Positions 12,593 to 25,213 of a DNA stretch of 64,000 nucleotides are shown one piece after another. The notes under the pieces were generated by a model. It saw only the letters and a list, made by a program, of their open reading frames with translations, was not told the DNA's origin and made no database searches. The number at the start of each line of letters is the position of its first letter. Position 1 is the first letter of the stretch. Origin of the DNA: Azolla caroliniana (taxonomy: Eukaryota; Plantae; Polypodiophyta); contig JBHGNT010000014.1 in the NCBI GenBank assembly GCA_043228905.1, positions 682,001-746,000 on the forward strand, written 5' to 3'. Position numbers and translations under genes: made by a program.

Positions 12593-12875
12593 GATAACAA
12601 GAAGTATATTACATGAATAAGAGTACAAGGATAGCTACGAGGCTTAAGAGTGGCGTTGAATCAAATTGGTTCTAAATAATGTCACGTGCCTCTATTTATA
12701 GTGTCATCATGAGTATTCCTGAAGTTTCTAGAATGTTCCAGACTAATCTAGAATATACATGAATTTTCTAGAATGAAATAACAAATGAAAACAATATCTT
12801 TTGTATTATAATACATAACTTAATTGTATGGCTTCAATCTGTGTAACATAAGGTCATGGGTTCAAATCCATTTGA
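11946..12875 (-). repeat. Tandemly duplicated chromovirus-type LTR
   Basis: Two similar copies start AGGAATAGTACTAGAGGCA (~11950 and ~12464) and share CCTCTATTTATAG and the TTCTAGAATGTTCC block. Related to the LTR at 59194-59617 and directly adjacent to a chromodomain relic. Confidence 0.75.
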
Positions 12876-12876
12876 T

Positions 12877-13165
12877 TGAGGACCTGGTTTGATTGGATAT
12901 TGGCGATGAAAATCCTCAAGCGCTTGAGCATTGGCCACATTCTCTATTGGTTCCAAAGTACGATCGCTTGGACTATATCTTGGCCAATCTACCAAATAGT
13001 AGAGCTTGTTGCAAACAATCTTGGAATCGAGGATGGCAACAAATTCATATTCAGGTCCATCTTCAAGTTCGATCGGGGGTGGAGGTGGTGTAATACGATT
13101 AGGAATGGAGCTTTCCTAACGTGGTTCTAAGAGAGAACTATGAAATACCATATGTATCCATAATT
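12877..13165 (-). pseudogene. Chromovirus integrase chromodomain relic
   Basis: The minus strand reads PPPIELEDGPEYEFVAILDSKIVCNKLYYLVDWPRYSPSDRTLEPIENVANAQALEDFHRQYP, matching the chromodomain at 59647-59900. Confidence 0.85.
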
Positions 13166-13559
13166 GCGAACGTAGATCAAGGCGAAAAGTGACATCATTA
13201 TTTTTTCCATTAATACAAAAAGGGCCTAACCTTTGATAATCCAGTTTGGCACATGGTCAAGTAGTCCTTACATGTCATTGTAATAGCCATACTCAATCTC
13301 CAATATCAAAATAGGATAGAAGCCGTTGACGATCTGCATAGTCCTTCTATGTTTGTTGGGCTTGATGTAGGTGGTTAGATAGTTCTACCTGAATCTTGCG
13401 TAGTTGCTCCAAATGATCCTATGCACTAGGATTTGTGGGTAATACAAGAATTTCGAATACACACCAATAAGGATAATAGCCTATATAAGCATAGAATAGT
13501 GTAACCCTAATAGAAGAGTGGATAAAATTATTATAAGTAAATTCAGCAAAGTGGAGGAG

Positions 13560-15820
13560 ATTGTCATCCCAGAATTTGAGAAGGATGGTATAGTTCAAGG
13601 ATGGAAAACATTGTGAATCCTAAATGTTAGTGGAAGTGCTAACCAGAACGTGATTGGGTTGATTCACTCGACGATACGGAAGGGGGCTAACTTTTTGTAG
13701 TCTAGCTTCGCGCAAGAACGGGTGGTGGTGATGTGGCAGTGTAGCAACCAAACCATGTTACCGACTACAAAAGGTCGACGCGGCCAAGCAATGATGGTTA
13801 GCGTGATCCCTATACTGTTTGCCAACAACACGGAGCTCAAGGGAGAGGTCACAATGGACATCTTGTAAAGTGCGAGCACGCATCTCTACCGACGGATTGA
13901 TAGAAATTGTAGGAATGGAAATGTTGAAATGAGGGTGGAACCCATAGTTTGCAAATAATGGGGAAACCTTAGTGGAGGCATGGATACTATTATTGTAGGA
14001 AAATTCCACCATGGCAAGGCAGTCCAACCAATCCTCTTGTTGGTAGCTTACTGTACACCAAAAGTATTGTTTGAGGATTTGGTTGACTCTTTCGGTTTGA
14101 CCATCATTTTGAGGGTGGTATGTTGTTGACAAGTTCATTGAAGTCCTGAATGTTTGCAAAAGTTGTTGCCAGAAGTGGGAGATAAATTTAGGACCTCAAT
14201 GAGAGGTGACATCCTCGGGTAAGCCATGTAGATGAACGACATTTTTCAGAAAAAGATATGCCACCTCCTCCCCCAAAATGGTTTTTGAGCATGGGACAAA
14301 ATGAGCCATCTTCGAAACTGATCGATGATCACTAGCACCATGTCATGGCCACCGACGTGAAGGAGGTTGATTATAAAGTCCATTGAGAGAGAGACCCAAG
14401 GTCGACTAGGAAGCAAAAGCGGGTGGAGAAGGCCGTAGGGACGATGGTGAGCCGCTTTGGAGCAGGAACAAATGTCACACATCTTGATAAATTCTTTGAC
14501 AAATTTCCAAGGTTGGGGCCACCAAAAGCCCCGAGATAGCAACTCCAGTGTTTTCACGACCCCAAAGTGGCCAACAAGAGGATCATCATGGCAATTTTGT
14601 AGGACTCGAGTGCGACATTCTCCAAGTGGTACATAAAGGAGGTGATTACAATAGAGTTGCCCATCCCGAGTTGTAAAGTGACTGAGATCCGAGCTTTGCA
14701 TTCCCTGGGATGGGTTGTTGATGCACGCCAGGATGTCGGTAGTGAATGGGTCTGACATGGTGGCCTGGTTGATTTCGTTGAGCAAGGATATCATGCAACA
14801 TGTAGGTTGCGAACATATGGAGTTGATTAGGCCGCAATAAACAATGTGATTGCTAAGAATATGCATCGTCACCTGGGCGTAGCACAAAATCTGGTCACGG
14901 AGAGAGGGCATCCGCTTTTCCATGTTGAACGTCGGGTCGAAACAAGATTTCAAAGTCGTAGTCAGCGAGAAAAGATGACCAATGAGCCTGCCTCTGATTC
15001 AATGTATGACTGGTGGTGAAGTAAATGAGATTGTTTTGGTCGATCAATATCTGGATACGATGTTGGGCCCTAGCAAGATAGGGTCGTCATTCGGTGAAGG
15101 CAGAGATGATAGTTGCAACCTCCTTGTCTAGACGGGATAATTGATTTTCGGGGTTGTAAACTTCCGAGAGTAGAAGGAAACTGGATGTAGTGTACCATCG
15201 TCATCTGGCTGGGACAGAACTACGCCAATGGTGAAGTTAGAGGCATCCGTTTCAACTTGGAAGGGTCTCTTTGGGGTCGGGGTGAACCAATATAGGGGCT
15301 GAGAGAAAAGCTACTTTGAGGGTCTCAAAAGCATTGTGTGTCGCAGGGGTCCAAGGAAATGGAGTATCTTTTCGAGTAAGTTGGATAAGAGGTTGCACGA
15401 GGGAAGAAAACCTGTCTATAAATCTTCTATAGAAATTTACAAAACCAAGAAATGATTGTACCTCTTTCAGTCAAGTCGAACTAGGCCAATCGGTGATTGC
15501 CGCTACCTTGCTCTTATCCATTGTGATCCCGTGGTTGAGATCATGTAACCCAAGAATTCGACAGAGGTTCGAACGATTTCGCATTTCTCACTTTTGGCGT
15601 AAAGCCCATATTCCCGAAGTTTGGTTAGAACTAGTCGGACATGTTGTGTGTGCTCCTCTAAGTTGGAAGAAAAAACTAGGATGTCATCAAGGTAGATTAC
15701 CACGAAGTGATCAAGGTACTCTCGAAATATATCGTTCATCATGTGTTGGAAGACTGTTGGGGCATTGGTAAGGCCGAAAGGCATCACCTTGTACTGAAAT
15801 AAGGCATATTCCAACATCTC
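13560..15820 (-). mobile_element. Degenerate Tcn1-like Ty3/gypsy pol (RT-RH-IN)
   Basis: [65 protein letters not shown], with several frameshifts. Confidence 0.92.
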
Positions 15821-17869
15821 CCCAAGGTGTGAAAAGGAGAATGTGACATATTACATGTTTTAAATGTCCTAGTGTTTTATATATATCACACACTTTTGCC
15901 TTTTATATCTTTATGTCATTTATTTCTCATCATAAGACACTGTTGATTAGAACGTGTTATTTTTATGTGCATAAGATGTATTGGTGCAATATATCTCATG
16001 CATTAGTTCTTACACTTATAGTAACGCCTAGTGCCTAGTTTGTGAAAATATGCAAGTTTGAAAGATAATACATAACTTAGCTTAAAATTTCAATTGCTTA
16101 ATGCTTACATAATTTTCAACAATATTGGTTTGTGTATCCTCATTCCCTAACTTTTCTTGCATAGGATAATACTTTTGTGTTAGGCATGTTTTGGATGTTC
16201 AACAATAGTGTATCAAGGATGATGAGTAGTTTAATGAAAGATGGACTTAGTTCTTGTAAGTTTAGAATTTGACTTAATCATCTAATTGATAGTGTCATGA
16301 ATATACAAAATATCCTCCTCAATTACTTCAACCCGCGACCTCCTCAATGTTTACATTTGATGTCAATAATTTCCCTGATGTGTTGGAGTAGATCTTATAC
16401 CAATCTTCAACATAACTTTGTAGCTCTTCTTTTTATCTATAATAAAAGTGATTTTCCTTATTCTCTTTTCTCAATTGAGTATTATTTTTTGCTTTAATCC
16501 TTGACCATTCAAATCATAATTCCTGTATTACGCTTCTTTTTTCGGAGAACACTGCCAAACTTTTCTCCTAGGTATGGAGTTTGTCAATAAGCAAGAATAC
16601 ATGTTTATCTCATTAAAGCTTGATTGCATCACCACCAAGTTTGCGACACTAGAGTAAATTAGAGTAAATGCTTTATCGTCCACGAGGAGGCCAATGTTGA
16701 ACCATGGAACCAAATCAACATATCATCTTGTATGTGACTCCTTAAGAAGAATGGTTACTACTATGTTTGTAAAAACTCTCTAAGTGAAAATAAAGCACTC
16801 ACATCTAAGTGAAAATAAAGCACTCACATCTGTGTCCATTCAGCATGTGATAAGTAAGTAATATTCATCCATTGCTAGGTTGTCATTTCATACCTTGCAT
16901 ATCTTCATATTTGAGTGATGACACCATGATGTTACCTCAACACCTAACTTGTGCGAATGAGTTCAAAGAAGTGTTAAGGTTCTCCAAGGGCCAAGGTTCA
17001 TGGGGGTAGTGAGATGCAATTGGATACATTCTGGCATTTTTACCTTGTATTGGGGCCAACATTAGGGATTAATGTTTGCAACGTAACATTCCAATTCTAA
17101 TATTTCGCATCTTGTCATTGGTGCCTCGACTAATTTATCCTCAATTATTACATACTTCATAGTATCACCTGAAAGCTCCAATTGATATTTTGCTCCCCAT
17201 CTCTTAAAACATTTCATAATGTCAAGCACCCAACCAAATGATAGGATTTTGCTCTTATTAGTTTGTTGTACCTTGCATCCTTGTTCCAAGCTTGTTTTGA
17301 TAGTCTATCATTAGGCATATTCTTGACTTTTCTTATATACTTGTATATTCTTTGCATGGATGATACCTCTATGGGTTGAGCATTGTTTCTAATAGCATGG
17401 TAGAATATGATGTTGAGGATTTTACCTCCAATTTTCTACTTAGAACAATTTCTTAGCTTTCTCTATTTCATTCCATGCACTAAGTGAGATAGTGTCACCC
17501 CACACTCCACTCTATAAAGCAACACTTGAACCACCATAACATTGAATAACATCAATCTCTCTCACCATCCTCGAGTATCACTTTGGTTGCATTAATTCTC
17601 AAACATATCATAACTATTCCAACTCACCACAATAAGTGATGAGAAGGCATAACAATATGTGGAGCTAACTCAACGGTCCACCAATTGGAAGCTCTTCTAT
17701 TAACTTTGTGACAACATGTATCAAGAGGACAAAAGTCTCCCAAAGAACCAATGATCATTCTTCAAATGAAGTTTGATCGGATGAGATCTTAGTTTTGATT
17801 ATTCATGAACCAAGCGCATTTGGTGTGTTTTTATCTAAAAACTTCAATTAATCTTCGAAGATACACATA

Positions 17870-18110
17870 GTTGTGGACAATAATAAACAAGATCTAAAGA
17901 TTGTGATAAGGAGATCACCCTGCCTTGGCTTATGGAACTAACTTTCACTTTAAGATGAAGAGTCATTCATGGATCGATTTCTTCATGGGCTACGCCATGA
18001 TATGAAGGATTTGCTAGTTACTTTATGAACAGAACATCCCTTCTCCCCAAGTTATGAGGCTCACTTATAGATGTGATTAGTCAAGTTGTGTGATGTGATC
18101 ATCCTTTATT
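17870..18110 (+). pseudogene. Highly degenerate chromovirus gag fragment
   Basis: DEESFMDRFLHGLRHDMKDLLV resembles the gag stretch at ~63780-63850 on the minus strand (DEQALMEQFHSGLHSDVKDLLL). Confidence 0.5.
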
Positions 18111-20569
18111 TGAGTGGTTATTGTTGATGATGAACATGATCATTTAAACTTCATACCCACGCCCTCGGGAAACCACCTCTAACATGAGTAATTTATCTAT
18201 TTTTTTAAACAAATACAATGAGTAAGTTTCAAACTCCACATCCAACTTCCTTGAGATAATGTAAAATATCACTAAGATGACTAGTTCATAATTATTGTAT
18301 CTTAATGTTTTCTTGAATTCATCATAAAAACTAATACATTCAATCTATAGTTGTTATGGGCATGACCATAATCTATTCCGTGGTAAGTTGTATCGTAGTA
18401 TTCTATACACGAGGATATAGTGTGACGATTAATTGAGAGTGTAAAGAAGGGAGGATTACTTTTAATCTTAGGATTTGAGACAACCCAATAGGGCCAAGTG
18501 TAAACTTGCCTAGGGGCCTTAGGTCTGGCTATAAATATGATGCCTAGCTACCCTCATTAGACACATCATTTGACTACGTTGAGACTGTGATCATGTGGTG
18601 AACAGACTCTTGTGGAGAGCGCGTCAGTACCGGGTATGACTCGATGTCATGGCGGTGGTATGGGATGCCGATCAAGGCTCAAGTCCGTCTCAATCCCTTC
18701 ACTCGGGGGTGGTTAGGTAGATTGACACCCTTCTTTCCCTCTCTTTCTCTATCTACCTATCTTATATTTCCTTACTTCATGCTTACATTAGGATTAAGCT
18801 CTAACAATAGCGGTGTCAATGAAACGAGATTTTTGGAAGGAACAAACATGAACTATATCCTAGAGTGTTGCAATTCCAAAGGTCACCACCTAGTCTCGAG
18901 GTATCTTCTTCCTCATGATAGGCTAGCCAAGGAATTGGAGGATGTCACTTCCCAATGTCAAAGACCATGCCATATATCAACACATAAAAACACTCAACTC
19001 TCCACTCGATGTAACTATCGAATCCTCAAAGGCTTCTTAAGTTAATGTTTGTCTTAATTAAAGAGGTAAGATTACAATAGAGTTTATCTCTAATACTTCA
19101 CTCTCTCTAACTTCTAGTTAGGCGCAACCCTCTAACCAATGTTAGTTTGATTGATCCAAGGGTTATCTTTTTCTATATTCTTCTTTGACTTGTTTATAGA
19201 AGTGGATGACAGAATACAATCATACCTCCATTGCTCACCCTTTGGTTGTATTGTCTTATAGGCATATAAGGCTTTCAACAATTCACACTTTATGGTCGAT
19301 TATGCTTGTTACCCTTTACATAGAGTATACACTCCAATCACATTTAATAGTTCACAATATCCAATTTCTTACATTAATATCTATATCTTGTCCCTTTGTA
19401 GTTACAAGTCCCTAGCTCACACTAAGAAATTTACAATGTTGTTCAACTATTCTAATTCATTATCTCCATCTTCTACGATAACCTTATAGCTCTTATTCTT
19501 ATCTATAATAAAATATTTCTATTTATTCTCTTTTCCTAATCTAGTATTATTTTTGTTAGATCTTTGTGAAATAGTTGATGAAACATCGAATCTATAGCTC
19601 TAATGTGTGGTTTGTACACTCAATTTGGTTGTCACCTTTGTGGGTGATAGTTTGAAGAGAGCTTTTAAGTGTTTTCAAGACTTGGAAACAAATTGTGACC
19701 CATGATCACTTATGTGTCATAATTTTGAAAACCATGATGTTTAGATCTCAAGCCAAATGCATGTTTGGGAACAACAAGATATATTGTGCGAAAGCATCCA
19801 AATGATGTTATGAGATATTGGAACGTCACTATATATTTTTCGCTTTTTGCATGCTTGCCATTTTGCTAGTGTGCATGCTTGCCACTTGCCTATCATGAAA
19901 GATGCTACAATCATTATAATTTATAATATTATCATTCATGCAATGGTTCACATCATCGCTAAAATCTAGGTGTTATAAATTTATGTCGTAACAACCCATC
20001 CATGGACATGCCTAACATGAAAAAACAAGTTTGTGTCCCACCTAACCTAACACCCCTAACATGCATTATTTGGGCATAAAGCAAGAAAAGACCAACATGC
20101 TCATACCCTACCCCAAAGTCAGTGGTGTGCATATATGTAATACATCTATGGCCCATGCTACAAGTACTGTGGAGCTCGACTTGCAAACTCTATCTAAAAC
20201 AAAAGAAGAAGAAGAGGAGCTCGATGTTCATACATAGACTCTAGTTTTGGACAACCTCAAAATACCTCCCCCAAAAAGTACTAAAACCCTAATGATTGTA
20301 TTGAAATTCTGATTATCCAAACTAGAGTCGAATTGAAAGGTCATCCACGAACTAAATAGCCCCGTTTCTCTGGCTCAATAGATCGATTAAGTGACATTAC
20401 CATGTATCATGCGTTCACGGGCAATTTCGGGCACACAAGTGATGGTTCTAGGATTCCGCTCTAGAATGAGCATCTCATTTGCAAGACATGAGAGAGAGAG
20501 CCGTTGTTGTATGTTGGTATATAATGACAGCCTCCACAAAAAAGGAGATGTGTCAATTCATTATATAAA

Positions 20570-21190
20570 TGGAGGTTTTAATGACATCAAGGTTGTTGAG
20601 GTGGGAAGGTAAACACCTTCTTAACCATCACTTTAATTGGATGAGTAGATTGGGTTTGGTAACAATCAAGGATGTTATGTTGGTGTCACAAAGAATATTA
20701 ATGGCCTTTCGAACTACAAGATCAACATTTCGTATTCCAAGAGGTTATACCTTTATTTGGGGTAAGTTGCAACGATTATTATCGTCTTACGAGCCAATTA
20801 TTGATTTAGATTGGGGACCTTCAAGGGCTTGATTGGACAAATTTGGTTGGAAATAGGAGATTGACTATGATATCAAAAAACTATGTTTGTCACAAGTTGA
20901 TTGACAAACATAAGTGGATGGAGGAAACGGGTTATAAAGATATGGACCTTACACAAGCCTCGTACCTCGTGGTTTCAAGTGATCAAGGCAAGGTTGATGT
21001 TATCAACTGATGTTGCGAGCTACGATATTCATTTAGAGGGTCATGGTTGGCACTTTACCACTAGGGGGACGATGCGTTTCTTTTGTTCGGTGGAATTGGA
21101 ACATAGTGTGGATCGATTTCTGTCATGCCGGATGATTAGAATGGTTTTGGAGGTGTATCAATTTAGTTACGGATATCTTTCACTGGAGTA
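20570..21190 (+). pseudogene. Possible LINE 3' relic (zf-RVT-like)
   Basis: FCSVELEHSVDRFLSCRMIRMVL resembles the C..C...E...HLF..C...R..W motif. Weak and degenerate. Confidence 0.35.
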
Positions 21191-21605
21191 AGACTATCTT
21201 CATTCATTGAGATAGTACTATAGTTTGCTCCTATCTTCATTCATTTTAGATAGTACTATAGTAGTAGTGTTTAGAATGATCCCATAGAAGGCTTCTCTAT
21301 CCATAGTTTGTACTAAAGTTAGTTACTACTAGTCATTGGTGGTGTTTTTTTTCCTTTAGTAATGAAAGCCATTCATTATTTACTTCACAAAGAAACAGAG
21401 CTGCTCTGTTCCTGACCCCCCTTCTAAAAAATGAACAAATCAGAGAGCTGCTCTGTTCCTGCATGATATCCTTGATCCTTGATCTCGTTTCTGTTTTTCA
21501 AAGCCTCTACGTTCAATCGGGTACTGATTTTGATCCCGTTCAATAGGTGCGTTTTTCCATTCTTTCTCTTTTTATGGCTTTTGGCTATGGTTTCTCTTCA
21601 CTTTG

Positions 21606-21655
21606 TATGTATGTATGTATGTATGTATGTATGTATGTGTATGTATGTATGTATG
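21606..21655. repeat. (TGTA)n microsatellite
   Basis: About 12 TATG/TGTA units, probably in the 5'-UTR intron of the CstF-64-like gene. Confidence 0.9.
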
Positions 21656-22331
21656 TTGATACATATTACATTTTCATATACTTTGGGATCATGATAAAAA
21701 ATATGATGGCTCATTATTTTGAGTCCTTATAATCCTGTAGATACCATCGCAGTTTTTTATTCTATGATTCATTGTGAAGTAAAATTTGAATAGTCCAACT
21801 TCGTTTCGTTCAACCTTTGAAACTATCAGTTTATCACACTTTTATGGCCAATGCTGTTTCCATATGAACTCGATTATGGTGAAGTAAATCTCAAATAATC
21901 CAATTTAAGTTCCGTAAATGTGGAGAGGCTTGATGTGCATTTTCAAATGGACTTGCTCCAACTAGCAAGCGCATTTTTGCTGAAACCATTCGACCCTAAT
22001 TTCATGCCAAATGTTTTCTCATGTAATTGTTCATAGATTGATATATACGATGCGAAAGTATTTTCTTTTTATGGATGTTGGCGATTTTGCTTTAGCCTAC
22101 ATCTGACCAATTATATTTTTTGCCCATGAAATTGTAATTGGGGATGTCCATTTGGAGATTCATCCAAATTAGAACTTAAGATTAATGGCTGCTCCAAGCT
22201 TTTTGTGAGATTATGTCTTACCAAAATATAGACATTTTTGTATCCTATGTTAAGTGAACTTTTAAACAACAGCGAGATTCGAAACTTGAGCTATAATGAT
22301 TAACCAAGCATGATATATTCTCAGTCCATAG

Positions 22332-22442
22332 ATGGCTTCCATGATGAATCAAAGCACCCAAATGGAGGTGCCGGATACAGTCACTGATCCTGTAGCTAAC
22401 ATGTCAAAGCATCAACTTTACCAAGTTCTTTCTCAGATGAAG
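22332..22442 (+). CDS. CstF-64-like coding exon 1
   Basis: ATG at 22332; ends ...SQMK, followed by the GC donor AAG|GCAAGT. Confidence 0.8.
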
Positions 22443-25213
22443 GCAAGTTGCGAGCAAAATCTAGCTTTTGCTTTCTGTGATCTGTATGATTTTGGCTTAT
22501 CTATTTAATATTTGATGCATGTCTGTGTGAAGAATTTGATTCACCATAATCAAGAACAAGCTCGCCAAATCTTAATTTCTAATCCTCAGTTGACCAAAAC
22601 ACTTTTCCAAGTAAGTAAACAGTTTCTGTTTATGAGAGTTAAGCATTCATACATAAACATAAATTGTATGATCTAACACTTATGTTGGGCAAAACGTTTT
22701 CATTCTTTTTTCCCAGGCACAAATAGTGTTAGGCATGGTGCGAGCTCCAGACACGGTGAGAGACTAAGCTTTTTCAGGCAATGCATGCATACATAACACT
22801 GGTTATATTATCTAACAAGTGTTTTGGTTTTGAAGTCATCCCTTGCAAATATATCAGCCCAAGCTTCACAGCTAACACAAGCTCAGGTGCCGACTGATGG
22901 GCCAGAAGAAGTAAGAAATATTATTCAGCATCCACTTATTCAGAACATGCCTCCTCAACAAGGGCAAGATCATCAACCTATGCCCACAAAAGAGCAAGCT
23001 CATCAACATAGGTCTATGCAAGGGCAAGATCATCAACGTAAGTCCGCACAAGGGCAAGTTCAACAGTCTCAACCACCAGTGTCAGCTGAATGGCAACCTA
23101 ACCAACCATCCTCATCCCAACAACCTCAAGAAGCTCCTTGTGCTGCCATGCATCCTGATCCTTCTGGCTTTCTATATCAGCAATATATTCAGACACATCA
23201 GCAACCAAGCTTTCATTTAAGTTCGATGTCATCTCTGTCGCAGTCACAATCGATACCCTCATCTAGCCTACAGTCACCTGTGCAACATTTGCCACCTCAA
23301 ACTTTGCAACCTCCAGCTTTGCCAGAGCAGCCTCGACAATCTGGAGTGCTTCAACATCAAATTTCACAGGGCTTTGGTGAAGATCCCCTGAGGTATCATC
23401 CTCAGTTTCCCTATCAGGTACTATGTAGAATATTCTAATTAAGTAGTGTTAGCATTGGCTTTATAAGTTGTTGCTACCATTTGCAACCATTCAATTGTAG
23501 ATAAGCCAATTCTTTATAGGAAAACAGTGTGTTAGTGATCTGTGAATGTACTGTGTATCTCAAACTAAAAAGATAAATGCTGAACTGAATCTGTAAATCC
23601 ATCTTTAGAAGATCGCAAAACTAAAAATGGGAAATGATTTTTAACGTGAAGGTAGTGTTAAACCCATTGCGTTAAACTTGAACTCACAACCCTCAGGCTA
23701 TAAAAGTATAAGTTTTGCTGCCACCCAATGTTTATACATTTAATGGGAGATGATTTTTAAAGTGATGGTAGTCTTATACCAAATGCTTAGACTTGAACTC
23801 ACAAACCTCAGCCCATCATAAAAGTATGGAATGGCTTGTTTTTCTGCCTCCTTCATATTTCTTCTCAACTCATACGCCTGTTTTTTCACTATATCAGATG
23901 TCTCAAGGTGATATGAACACAAACACAAACAATGCCAACTTTACACTAGGTGGGCATTCGCAAGCTGGAATAAGCTCAAGTGGTGTAGGTTTTCCTAGTG
24001 GGTCTACTTCATTCGGTGGATGGGATCAAGCAATGGCATCCACAGGATATCATCCATATTCTGATCCTTCTAGCTTGACTCATGTTCAAGGATATGCTCA
24101 ACCCTTGCCACAACCTCAACGTCGAGAATTACAGGACGAACCACAGGTTTTATACCTTCCGTCTTTTCTTTAATATTTGCTGTATTAGGCATGTATCTTA
24201 GTCATAAGCCGAGTTTTTGCACGTTCAAATTGATCTGTGTGCACTACTTTAGTAGATGCCACTGCAAACCTATGACCTCCTCGTCTCCCCCGTGTAGAAA
24301 ACAACCATTGCGTTTTGAGGGGCAAGCAATGATTACATGGCATTCTAGGGGTCGAGAGCCCTTGTATAAATGTGTCTGGCCTGAAGAAGGCAGAGTGCGC
24401 CATTCGTATGCTGTGTTATAGCAGCTGTGTCTCCACTTGAATCAAGATTCTGTCTAGCTTCTGGAGTGTTGAGCAGCCTTGTGCGGTGTTCTGTTTCTGT
24501 CACAATATTGTTGATGTGCCCTGGGGGATCTAGAAAGCACCTGAGTCAGAGAGAAACCTGCACACCATCTTCCTCCCTTGCTGATCACAATATTGTCGAT
24601 GTGTCCTGCAGAGCTAGAAAGCACCGGAGCCGGAGAAAAACCTGCACACCATCTCCTCCCCTTCATCCTTCATAGCACAAGCTACTTCGACTGTTTCTTC
24701 ATGGCATTAATTGTAGTTGACCACCACCATCGGAGACCTTCCTTCCAACTCATGAGATAACAATGAGAATGGTGCAAAAAGAGCTACATCTGATCCAACA
24801 TGCGGGATGCATGTTGAATATTTTCTTGTATCATTATGATTTGTTAAGAAAGATGTGTTTTCATGGCACAGTGTTATCTGGACCAGATATTGAAATATTT
24901 CATTATTTTTTAGAGAAAAATAGGTTTTCATATACCACTGCTTTCATTTATCTATGATTAGGAAAAAAATGGCTTGCTATGCATGGGCTTACATATCAAA
25001 GATATATTATAGATTTTATGAAAATCAGTTCTCATGCAAAAAGTATGTGTTTTGGGTGGTTCTCATGCACAGATTGCTTCCAATGCTGAGCAGCAAATGG
25101 TATTGCTGGAGAAAGTAATGAATTTGACACCTGAGCAGATCGATTTGTTGGCGCCAGAACAGAGGCAACAAGTGATTCAAGTCCAGCAAGCATTTCGAAA
25201 CCAAACAGTTTGA
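22332..25213 (+). CDS. CSTF64: CstF-64-like protein without RRM (ESP1-type cleavage stimulation factor homolog), ~399 aa, 6 coding exons
   Basis: Exons 22332-22442, 22533-22610, 22717-22755, 22836-23417, 23898-24146 and 25073-25213 are all phase 0 and join into one open frame. Hinge domain MSKHQLYQVLSQMK-NLIHHNQEQARQILISNPQLTKTLFQ-AQIVLGMV, a Q/P-rich middle, and a CSTF C-terminal domain QQMVLLEKVMNLTPEQIDLLAPEQRQQVIQVQQ. Confidence 0.88.
22533..22610 (+). CDS. CstF-64-like coding exon 2 (hinge)
   Basis: AG|AATTTG...TTCCAA|GTAAGT; NLIHHNQEQARQILISNPQLTKTLFQ. Confidence 0.88.
22717..22755 (+). CDS. CstF-64-like coding exon 3
   Basis: TTTCCCAG|GCA...ACG|GTGAG; AQIVLGMVRAPDT. Confidence 0.85.
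22836..23417 (+). CDS. CstF-64-like coding exon 4 (Q/P-rich)
   Basis: Lies inside ORF 22824-23438; TTGAAG|TCA...TATCAG|GTACT. Confidence 0.8.
23898..24146 (+). CDS. CstF-64-like coding exon 5
   Basis: Lies inside ORF 23793-24173; ATATCAG|ATG...CCACAG|GTTT. Confidence 0.75.
24500..24665. repeat. 85-bp tandem duplication in the last intron
   Basis: TCACAATATTGT.GATGTG...CTAGAAAGCACC...AAACCTGCACACCATCT at 24500 and 24585. Confidence 0.85.
25073..25213 (+). CDS. CstF-64-like last coding exon (CSTF_C domain)
   Basis: GCACAG|ATT...GTT TGA; contains LTPEQIDLLAPEQRQQV. Confidence 0.88.
   Translation: MASNAEQQMVLLEKVMNLTPEQIDLLAPEQRQQVIQVQQAFRNQTV

Noticed and set aside
11220-12870. Functional tRNA genes
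   Set aside because: A/B boxes are present, but no convincing acceptor or anticodon stems, and they are embedded in LTR-like sequence.
15840-20500. Short ORFs in AT-rich DNA, and a possible solo LTR near 18480-18806
   Set aside because: No recognisable motifs or splice structure; LTR boundaries and a TSD could not be established.
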